The notes beneath the pieces were generated by a model, which saw only the letters and a list, made by a program, of their open reading frames with translations, had not been told where the DNA came from and did no database searches. Made by a program: the position numbers and the translations under genes. A stretch of DNA of 64,000 bases from Sedimentisphaerales bacterium (GTDB lineage Bacteria > Planctomycetota > Phycisphaerae > Sedimentisphaerales > SM23-30). Each line of letters starts with the position of its first letter. Positions within the stretch are counted from its first letter, which is position 1. Shown here piece by piece: positions 41,723 to 49,222 of this stretch. The stretch spans positions 192,001 through 256,000 of the forward strand of contig CAXXFK010000033.1 in the NCBI GenBank assembly GCA_963663965.2. The letters run 5' to 3'.

Positions 41723-42352
41723 ATGTTTGAGCAGGCATTTAAAAATATCGACGATGTTCTCAGGAAAGAGGCAGGATGTACCACTGAACTGGATTATACC
41801 GAGCAGACCTCGTGGCTACTGTTTTTGAAGTATCTGGACGGGCTGGAAGAGGACGAGGCGACCGAAGCAGCGCTGGAGGGTAAAAAATTCGGCTATATTC
41901 TCGAGAAGCCCTATCGCTGGGAGAGTTGGGCGGCACCCAAGAATAAGGACGGCCAGATCGATCTCAACAAGGCGCTGACCGGCGATGACCTGCGCGATTT
42001 TGTCAACCAGAAGCTGGTGCCTTATCTGCATAGTTTCAAGCAGCGGGCCAGCGGGGCCAATACCATCGAGTACAAAATCGGGGAAATTTTTGGCGAGATC
42101 AAGAACAAGATCCAGAGCGGCTACAACCTGCGAGAGATTATCGACCATATCGACGAACTGCGGTTCCGGTCGCAGGCCGAGAAGCATGAACTGTCGGCGC
42201 TCTACGAAGAGAAAATCAAACGGATGGGCAACGCCGGTCGCAATGGCGGCGAGGTGGTGGTCCATCGCAGTCCGCAGGAAAAACTTAACGAGATTGCCGC
42301 GTTGGATGCTGAGAGCGCGAAGGTACTCAAGAAGATTCTGGGGTTGTTGTGA
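41723..42352 (+). pseudogene. hsdM: type I R-M methyltransferase subunit with in-frame internal deletion
   Basis: HsdM N-terminus (ELDYTEQTSWLLFLKYL...LYEEKIKRMGNAGRNGGE) is joined directly to a short helical C-terminal tail; the YTPR, DPAxG and NPP motifs are absent. Confidence 0.85.
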
Positions 42353-43002
42353 AGAAGAATGGGACTTATGGGAATCATGAGAATAATGGGAGGGATGGAA
42401 AGAAGCCTTCACAGGCTTCTCAGAACTCCCAGAATTCCCAGGAAACGCTTTTGCCGGCGCGAGGGGATTATCGAACGCTGCTGAGTTACCAGAAGTCGGA
42501 AGTGATTTACGAGATCACTTACCGGTTCTGCGAGCGGTTTCTTAAAAAGGGCGACCGGACGGTTGACCAGATGGTGCAGGCGGCGCGGTCGGGCAAACAG
42601 AACATTGTAGAGGGCAGCAAGGCGGCGACTACCTCTAAGGAAACGGAGATTAAGCTGACGAATGTGGCGCGGGCCAGTCTGGAGGAACTGCTGGAAGATT
42701 ATCTCGACTATCTGCGGGTGCGCGACCTGGCGATCTGGGACAAGGGCGGCCGGGAGGCGGCTTACGCCCGCAAGCTGGGGATGACGGAGCCGCTGACTTT
42801 CGAGCTGTTTCGGGAGTTTACCGAGAGCCGGCCGGCGGAGGTGGTAGCGAATATTGCGATTTGCCTGATTCATCAGGCGACTTATCTATTGGACCGGCAG
42901 ATCAAACGGCTGGCGCGGGATTTTCTGAAAGAGGGCGGCTTGCGCGAACGGATGACCCGGGCGCGGCTGGCGGCGCGGGACAAACAAAGGGGGAGATCAT
43001 GA
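42349..43002 (+). CDS. four helix bundle (IVP-like) suffix-domain family protein
   Basis: YRTLLSYQKS, RTVDQMVQAARSGKQNIVEG, NVARASLEELLEDY, FLKEGGLRERMTRAR. GTG overlaps the hsdM stop. Confidence 0.9.
   Translation: MKKNGTYGNHENNGRDGKKPSQASQNSQNSQETLLPARGDYRTLLSYQKSEVIYEITYRFCERFLKKGDRTVDQMVQAARSGKQNIVEGSKAATTSKETEIKLTNVARASLEELLEDYLDYLRVRDLAIWDKGGREAAYARKLGMTEPLTFELFREFTESRPAEVVANIAICLIHQATYLLDRQIKRLARDFLKEGGLRERMTRARLAARDKQRGRS
42361..42444 (+). repeat. 9-mer repeats followed by inverted 9-mer repeats (long imperfect hairpin)
   Basis: Four forward units at 42361-42396, a perfect 8-bp stem AGAAGCCT/AGGCTTCT, and four inverted units at 42409-42444. Confidence 0.8.
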
Positions 43003-43073
43003 GACGGGCAATGCGGCGGGATCATAACGATGGGGAGCGTCTGGCTGGTTGGAGGGCGGCGAATTGGGAATCT

Positions 43074-43217
43074 GGGAGGGATGGGAATTATGGGATGGAC
43101 CGGTCCGGCAGGGCAGGGGGAAAAATTGGCATGGGAATGACGGCGGTGGCCGGGTTGAATTCTGGGAATACTGGGAGGACTGAGAATGCTGGGAATTCTG
43201 GGAATGCTGGGAGTTAT
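43074..43217 (+). repeat. tandem 9-mer repeats downstream of the four helix bundle gene
   Basis: Two units at 43074-43091 and six contiguous units at 43164-43217 (GGGAATACT...GGGAGTTAT). Confidence 0.85.
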
Positions 43218-43468
43218 GATAGGGGGGATATTGATAACGCTTGTGTTGGCGTCGGTTATAAGCTGTTATCGATTTCGGAAAGAATTCGGTCAGAAATATC
43301 AGATTCATCCGGAACTGAATCGTAAATTCTCACCGACAGAGCCGGTGGATTAACTCATAATTCAGATCAAAGAACCCAGAATGCGTACAAGTTCTCAAAA
43401 TGGATATTAGCAGTAGTAAAATAATTAAGGATGAGCAACGATAATTTGAGAAGGGCAATGTTGGAAAA

Positions 43469-43900
43469 ATGATGAAAAGATGGAAAATACTAAAAAATAT
43501 TCTTTTGACTATGTTAGTGGTTATTGGAATTATATTTTCCATAGTTGCCTACCATGTCTTTGATCGTATGTATTGGTTTGGGATCGAGGATAGAGTCGTT
43601 TATGCTTATGAAGGAGTCATTTGTGCGATAGAAAAATATATCGCAGAGAACCAGAAACTGCCAGAAACGTTATCTATTGTTCCTCCAGAAGACATGGAAA
43701 CTATTCGACAAATGAAAGAAATTGCAAAAACTGAATATTATGTGATTCCTGCAAGAAATTCGTGGAAATTGGATGTGCTTGTTAGAGCCAGAGGGAAAGA
43801 GCGAGAATTTGTTTATGTTTCTGATGGTGAATTAACGCCTGAAGAAGAAAGTCGTTATTATACTGGTTGTCATGATTGGGTTATACTCAGGATGCCATAG
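43469..43900 (+). CDS. hypothetical membrane-anchored protein
   Basis: 143 aa, N-terminal TM helix, AT-rich. Confidence 0.7.
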   Translation: MMKRWKILKNILLTMLVVIGIIFSIVAYHVFDRMYWFGIEDRVVYAYEGVICAIEKYIAENQKLPETLSIVPPEDMETIRQMKEIAKTEYYVIPARNSWKLDVLVRARGKEREFVYVSDGELTPEEESRYYTGCHDWVILRMP

Positions 43901-43968
43901 AACGAATGAGGATAGATTTTTTCGTGTAATTTTAGTATGCACAGGGCAGTTGAATTCGGAAATTCTTT

Positions 43969-44499
43969 ATGAAGCAAATAATAAAAAAGCTAATCAGAAT
44001 CATTGCCAACATTACGCTTGTCGTGTTCATATTTTTTCTGTTATTTTATTTTATGAGTGATATTCGATTTACATCAGTCATTCCTGATGATGCGGAGCAA
44101 TACAATTATAGCGGATCATGGGAAAGCGAAAGAGTCCCTATGGTTGCAGGGAGGATTCTTGCTCAAATCCCTTACCCTCCTCCCAAAGGAGAACCTTTTA
44201 CCGTTAACGCCTATATTTATTACAATCTCACAAGCATATATCGCCCCGGTGAGTTTGTCCCTATGGTTATGGACGGTATGATTCAGGAATCTGGTGAAGT
44301 GGCTGGTGGTAATACTGAAAGCCCAATCATTTTACCACCTCGAATTAATTTTAAATATCAGGGAGAGCCAGGGCCAGGCGGAAAACAGACCATAGATTAC
44401 GTTAGCACATCAGACACGGACTTTATACAGATTGTGGGGGGCTATCGTTCACAGTCTCCTTATGATATTGGCATTTTTCGCATTCAGAAGATTCGTTAA
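43969..44499 (+). CDS. hypothetical membrane-anchored protein
   Basis: 176 aa, N-terminal TM helix. Confidence 0.7.
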   Translation: MKQIIKKLIRIIANITLVVFIFFLLFYFMSDIRFTSVIPDDAEQYNYSGSWESERVPMVAGRILAQIPYPPPKGEPFTVNAYIYYNLTSIYRPGEFVPMVMDGMIQESGEVAGGNTESPIILPPRINFKYQGEPGPGGKQTIDYVSTSDTDFIQIVGGYRSQSPYDIGIFRIQKIR

Positions 44500-44579
44500 G
44501 TTTGATCACCCAATAAAATAAGTTTTCGATTTTTATCTTATTTGCATTCAGTGTTTTCTTATACGAAAGGGGTTGCGAT

Positions 44580-45146
44580 ATGGAACAGCTACTTTGCATG
44601 ACTAAGGCCAAATGGCGTAACTGGCTGGTTCGCAATCATGAAAGCGGCGAGGCGATCTGGCTGGTGTTTTTGAAGGGGGGGGACACGGGGCAGGCGCTTA
44701 GTTATGCCGAGGCGCTGGATGAGGCGCTATGTTTTGGCTGGATTGACAGTCTTATCAAGCGGGTGGATGACCGCCGGTATCTGCGGAAATTCAGCCGGAG
44801 GCGGGAGGTCAGTAAGTGGTCGGAGGTGAACAAGGCGCATGTCGAGCGGTTGACGCGGGAAGGCCGGATGGAGCGGGCCGGGATGGCGGTGGTGGCAGCG
44901 GCCAAAAAAAATGGTTCTTGGGATAAGCCGGATCGTCCGGAGATGGGCGAAGAGCTCCCGCCGGCGTTGAAAACGGCGCTTGACAAGAACGCGAAGGCCA
45001 ATGGGTATTTTGAAACACTGGCGCCGAGTCATCAGAAAAAGTTTTTGATGTGGATCGCAAGCGCGAAGCGTGAAAAAACGGTGAAAAAAAGGGTTCAGGA
45101 AGCGATCAAACTATTGGAAAAAGGGGAAAAACTGGGGATGAAATGA
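44580..45146 (+). CDS. YdeI/OmpD-associated family protein
   Basis: WRNWL..NH, EALCFGWIDS, SKWSEVNK, WIASAKREKT. Confidence 0.92.
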   Translation: MEQLLCMTKAKWRNWLVRNHESGEAIWLVFLKGGDTGQALSYAEALDEALCFGWIDSLIKRVDDRRYLRKFSRRREVSKWSEVNKAHVERLTREGRMERAGMAVVAAAKKNGSWDKPDRPEMGEELPPALKTALDKNAKANGYFETLAPSHQKKFLMWIASAKREKTVKKRVQEAIKLLEKGEKLGMK

Positions 45147-45217
45147 ATTGTTCGACAGAAATCATGCCAGCGGGCATGATCAATTGTTAATGGTCACATA
45201 TTATGAGGCGCTGAATT

Positions 45218-45637
45218 ATGGCTAAACGAAATGTTAAAATGGTATGGGTCTTTCTGGTAGCGGTGTCGGCAGGGTTGAGTGGCTGTATCTGTCAGACGGG
45301 CTCTCTTTCGACCGGTTCCGATGCGTTACATGCAAAATGCTCCTATGTTGACCACAGTAGTTCCACCTGGACGGAATCCATTTATGTAAAAAAAGGACAG
45401 AGCGTCAAGGTGTCATACGAACTGATCATTGGTAAAGGCGTTTTATCTATCGGGTTTACGCCGGCCAATCAAACGGATCCTCATTATTGCTATTCGGCCT
45501 ATGACAAGGATTATAAAGGGAATATGGATGTCCAGTTTCCGGAGACAGGGATCTATGACTTTCGTATCGAGTCGAAGGATTTTACGGGATCGTATGATAT
45601 TTCCTTGCGGGTAGTGAACCACTATTTCAAGCGATAG
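45218..45637 (+). CDS. hypothetical lipoprotein
   Basis: Lipobox LSGC; beta-rich 139-aa protein. Confidence 0.7.
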   Translation: MAKRNVKMVWVFLVAVSAGLSGCICQTGSLSTGSDALHAKCSYVDHSSSTWTESIYVKKGQSVKVSYELIIGKGVLSIGFTPANQTDPHYCYSAYDKDYKGNMDVQFPETGIYDFRIESKDFTGSYDISLRVVNHYFKR

Positions 45638-45795
45638 CCACTTTACCGGATGCTTCGCGCGGAAAGATAAATTTCTATTCGATAAATTCTTCTGGACTAT
45701 TGATAAATGGTTTATAAAACTACCGGTCTTTTTGTTCTTATGAAAGATTGAAGGGATGATCTGTAAGACAGGTGTTGGTCAGAGTGATCAGATTA

Positions 45796-45804
45796 TGGTA
45801 TAAT
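45796..45804 (+). promoter_or_regulatory. extended -10 element
   Basis: TGGTATAAT, about 35 nt before GTG 45839. Confidence 0.45.
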
Positions 45805-45838
45805 ATAGTTATTGAAAAATAATTAAGGAGATGAAACT

Positions 45839-46204
45839 GTGAAGCTGATTCGACGCGTGAGAATTTTGTTACTGGCGGGGAGCGTGTGTTTGGGTCTGCT
45901 GGGGGCGACTTATGCGGGGATGTATGGATGGATCCAATGGGATGCTCATGCTAAAGCCGGGCGGATCTGGCAGGGGTATCCCCAGGCCGAGGATGAAGTG
46001 GCCGCGCTGATACTGGCAATGCATTCGTGCGATCTTCCGATGGAGCAGCGAAATCAGGCAGTCTGGGTCTTGGGGCGTCTGGCGGATGAACGAGCGCTGG
46101 GCGCGTTGGAGCAGGCCTATACGGGAGAGACCTGTGACCATGAACATGGCCTGTGTCAGTATGAACTGGAAAAAGCGATTCGACGTTGCGGCGGGGAGAT
46201 ATAG
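45839..46204 (+). CDS. small HEAT-repeat membrane-anchored protein
   Basis: RBS AAGGAG; RNQAVWVLGRLADERAL and LCQYELEKAI. Confidence 0.75.
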   Translation: MKLIRRVRILLLAGSVCLGLLGATYAGMYGWIQWDAHAKAGRIWQGYPQAEDEVAALILAMHSCDLPMEQRNQAVWVLGRLADERALGALEQAYTGETCDHEHGLCQYELEKAIRRCGGEI

Positions 46205-46324
46205 CCATCGGGTATGGGGACTATTTGATCGTTGGCATGAATATAGATTGGTTGAAATGCGTCTCTACTTGAGGTCAGGCCGGAATTATCAAACGTTATT
46301 GGTGTCTAAGTTACCGGTGTTGAT

Positions 46325-46390
46325 AAAAAACCAGCCCCTCAGTTTTCCGGCTAAGAGGCTGATCGTGGCAGGTACCACATGTCATCATCA
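46325..46390 (-). ncRNA. candidate trans-acting antisense sRNA (~66 nt)
   Basis: Own promoter and a 12-bp terminator stem + U6 that pairs fully only on the minus strand; 5' part is complementary to the RBS/AUG of ORF 39879-40718. Confidence 0.65.
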
Positions 46391-46396
46391 CTATTT

Positions 46397-46425
46397 ATTA
46401 TAGGGGATTTCCCTGAGACTGCCAA
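46397..46425 (-). promoter_or_regulatory. sigma70 promoter of the candidate sRNA
   Basis: Minus strand TTGGCA-17 nt-TATAAT. Confidence 0.7.
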
Positions 46426-47042
46426 ACGAAAATAAGCAGATATTCCGTCATAAAGCAAATTATTAAGGTGCCCTATACTGTGAAAATTTGAAACCCTTCA
46501 AAATCATCGTGTTTAAAAGTGTGACCATGATTTCCTGTAAAGAGAATTTCCTACATGCTGGGATAGGCTTGGGGGGGAGCAGAACCGAGTGGTTTCGACG
46601 GTTGCAAAAAGTATGGGACAGGGCTGATCAAATATAGGATTGGTGGAGACAATGACGTGATGGTCAAGAAGCTCTCACCATGATAGGAAGGAATATGTAT
46701 ATTATAGGACTATAATGGGTGATAATATTAGTATCTAATCTCGACTATTTCCCAAATCCTCATGCAAAGACCCTAAAAGCCAAATATGTTTATTAATTAA
46801 AGCTATACTGGTAATATATCATATTTTTGCGGGTATAATATGAAAATGTTTTATATATTTTGTTCAAATGATAGTATCCAAACTTTTTATTATATTCTTA
46901 TCTGTTGTTCATTCAGAAGAATTAATTATGGTCAAAAATATGACATTTTTATTGAATTCTACGGATGGATTTGTTATCATCATACACTGGTAAACAAAGG
47001 TGTTTTTTTAATGTAACTTCATTTCGTAAAGGATGTGAGAAA

Positions 47043-47855
47043 ATGAGAAATTTATTGTCATTTCTTTGTGTCGTATTGTGTGTATCTACTCTGTATGCCG
47101 GATATACCACAGGGGGAGATGCTGCGAGCCAGGCTGCTGCCACCGGTATCCTCGATATCGTATTCGCTATTGATACCAGCGGCAGTATGGATGATGATGC
47201 CCAGTCAATCAGTAATGCAGTCTCAAACGCTATTAATTCTTTGGAATGTTCAAAGGGAGATATCTGGGTAAGAGCACGTTTTGTGGGTATTGGTACGGGT
47301 CGTTACACCAGCACTATTTTCAACGAATCAATGAGTAGCTTAGGTTATTCATCGATTACGAATAGTATTGAAGACAATGGTCCCGCTGTCACTGACCTGG
47401 TGAACCGATACAATTGGAATAACGATGCGGTTGGCGATCAGAAGTATTTTAAAGCGATTGTCACCATTGGTGACGAGGGAACAGACAATGGCGATCCGGT
47501 GACTAGCTCTGATTGGGCCACTGCTTATGCGGCCAATCAAGCCGCGATTGCTAACGATGTATTTGTTTTCAGTTGGCTGGCTAATCCGTATTACGGACCC
47601 AGTACCGATCTCACCAATGTGTTTAAATATATGGCAGTGGGTGGTACTTATGGCAGCTATACTTTTGGAAACACCGGTGGTCTTTTTATTGACGGTACCA
47701 ATCAGAATCCTGATTATATCGCAAGCCAACTTCAAACTATTTTCTGTGTGGCGGGCACAGGCGGTACGACGGCAACTGTTCCTGTTCCTGGCGCGATCCT
47801 GTTGGCCGGTTTGGGTGCGATAATTGTCCGAAGATCGAAAAAATATATTAAATAA
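47043..47855 (+). CDS. secreted vWA-domain PEP-CTERM-like protein
   Basis: Signal peptide from ATG 47043; DIVFAIDTSGSM (MIDAS), TIGDE, and C-terminal VPVPGA-TM-RRSKK. Confidence 0.85.
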   Translation: MRNLLSFLCVVLCVSTLYAGYTTGGDAASQAAATGILDIVFAIDTSGSMDDDAQSISNAVSNAINSLECSKGDIWVRARFVGIGTGRYTSTIFNESMSSLGYSSITNSIEDNGPAVTDLVNRYNWNNDAVGDQKYFKAIVTIGDEGTDNGDPVTSSDWATAYAANQAAIANDVFVFSWLANPYYGPSTDLTNVFKYMAVGGTYGSYTFGNTGGLFIDGTNQNPDYIASQLQTIFCVAGTGGTTATVPVPGAILLAGLGAIIVRRSKKYIK

Positions 47856-47881
47856 ACTGAGTCCAAGGTAAATATTCATTT

Positions 47882-47919
47882 AAGCCGGCAATCCATGAAT
47901 ATCGATTGCCGGCTTTTTT
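47882..47919 (+). terminator. intrinsic terminator
   Basis: AAGCCGGCAATC/GATTGCCGGCTT 12-bp stem plus T tract. Confidence 0.85.
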
Positions 47920-48086
47920 GTCTGCATAAATGATGATTAGAGTTTTATCCCGTGATGGAGCATCTTTGCGAAATTGATATCGGCGAGCCTGATGGCAGTC
48001 GTGACGGGTCGAAATTCGCCTGACTGATTCTGAACCTGACAGGGGTAATGAGTTTTGCGGCGCAGTTAGCGGTTTTCGGTAAGCGC

Positions 48087-48124
48087 AAACAAAAACCCTT
48101 GTAACCAGATGGATTTACAAGGGT
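48087..48124 (-). terminator. terminator downstream of tRNA-Lys
   Basis: ACCCTTGTAA/TTACAAGGGT stem with a T-rich tail on the minus strand. Confidence 0.6.
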
Positions 48125-48133
48125 AAGGAAATG

Positions 48134-48205
48134 TGAGAGCGCTGGGATTCGAACCCAGAACCCACGGCTTAAAAGGCCGTTGCTCTACCATTGAGCTACG
48201 CTCCC
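48134..48205 (-). tRNA. tRNA-Lys (anticodon TTT), CCA not encoded
   Basis: Full cloverleaf: GGGAGCG/CGCTCTC acceptor, GCTC/GAGC D arm, ACGGC-CTTTTAA-GCCGT anticodon arm, CTGGG-TTCGAAT-CCCAG T arm. Confidence 0.97.
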
Positions 48206-48433
48206 GGCGGTATGGAGAGATCGATTCGCCAAACTGCCAAAGACCAGAACTTATACCGGAAACGAGGTTATTAGTCAAGCGATAAAAAAGGAATAAATCG
48301 TTGGGAACCGGGTGGATCGGGCCGATAAATATCTGTAAGAAATGAATAGACAAAATCATCGTGTTTCAGGGAGTCTGCGGAGATGGGCAGGCTCAAGACT
48401 GGTGAATTGCAATATATTGTAATATAAGGATTT

Positions 48434-49015
48434 ATGATGAAAATAATTGAGACTGGACTTCCGGGTGTGGTTATGCTTGAGCCCAGGGTGTTTGAGGATA
48501 GCCGGGGATTTTTTCTGGAGACTTATCATGCCGGGCGCTATCGGGAGGTTGGGGTGCCGGAACTGGATGGCCGGAATTTTGTTCAGGACAACCATTCCTA
48601 TTCCATAAAAGGGACTTTGCGAGGGCTTCATTATCAGTTAAAAAATCCCCAGGGCAAGTTGCTGTATGTGATCAGTGGTGAGGTTTTTGATGTCGCGGTG
48701 GATATCCGGAAGGGATCGCCGACATTCGGGCAGTGGTATGGGGCAGTTCTGTCGAGTGAGAACAAGCGTCAATTGTATATTTCAGAAGGGTTTGCGCATG
48801 GATTTTATGTGATGAGCGACACAGCGGATGTGACCTATAAATGTACTGATGTCTATACGCCTGGGGATGATTTTGGTTTGCTATGGTCGGACCAGAAGAT
48901 TGGAATTGAGTGGCCGATTTCAGAAAAAGTTAAAATCCCACTATTGTCAGAAAAGGATGCTTTGAATCCGACACTGGATTCGATAGATCCTGAGTTACTG
49001 CCAGTATTTAAGTAA
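48434..49015 (+). CDS. rfbC: dTDP-4-dehydrorhamnose 3,5-epimerase
   Basis: DSRGFF, QDNHS, LRGLHYQ, DVAVDIRKGSPTFG, GFAHGF. Confidence 0.96.
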   Translation: MMKIIETGLPGVVMLEPRVFEDSRGFFLETYHAGRYREVGVPELDGRNFVQDNHSYSIKGTLRGLHYQLKNPQGKLLYVISGEVFDVAVDIRKGSPTFGQWYGAVLSSENKRQLYISEGFAHGFYVMSDTADVTYKCTDVYTPGDDFGLLWSDQKIGIEWPISEKVKIPLLSEKDALNPTLDSIDPELLPVFK

Positions 49016-49077
49016 ATTCCAGGAGAGGTCTGATAATAATAAGCGCTGATTTCAGAACAATTTAAGTCGATTCTTGC

Positions 49078-49157
49078 TTGCATTTCCCGGTAAATTCAGG
49101 GATAATATGTATTCCTGCTGACTTCACCAGTCAACCTTGCTTTATCCCTGCTATAAT
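49078..49157 (+). promoter_or_regulatory. candidate tandem promoters
   Basis: TTGCAT-17-GATAAT (49078-49106) and extended -10 TGCTATAAT (49149-49157). Confidence 0.4.
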
Positions 49158-49222
49158 TTCCGTGTCAGTTTATTACTGATGTATGAATAAAAATTGCCCG
49201 TTGAATAAACGGGAGCTATTTT

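Noticed and set aside
42349..43217. Diversity-generating retroelement (Avd-like four-helix protein plus repeats)
   Set aside because: No reverse transcriptase and no TR/VR pair with adenine-specific differences in the window.
43074..43217. CRISPR array
   Set aside because: Units are contiguous 9-mers with no spacers, and there are no cas genes.
42999..43325. ORF overlapping the four-helix stop (possible hsdS)
   Set aside because: Dominated by 9-mer repeat translation with no HsdS conserved regions; at most a remnant.
43469..46204. Integron cassette array
   Set aside because: No RYYYAAC...GTTRRRY attC palindromes or shared intergenic repeat between the ORFs.
46571..46605. GGGGGGGAGC...TGGTTTCGACGG, tmRNA-like start
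   Set aside because: Spacing is wrong and no tRNA-like 3' domain lies downstream.
47995..48046. GTCGTGAC... resembling a ZTP (pfl) riboswitch
   Set aside because: Lacks the rest of the consensus and has no downstream + strand gene to control.
39600..48134. Intact tRNA-integrated genomic island or prophage
   Set aside because: No integrase, phage genes or duplicated tRNA-Lys 3' end found by eye; treated only as a variable region.
48066..48359. 97-aa minus-strand ORF
   Set aside because: Spans the tRNA-Lys gene and its terminator; spurious.
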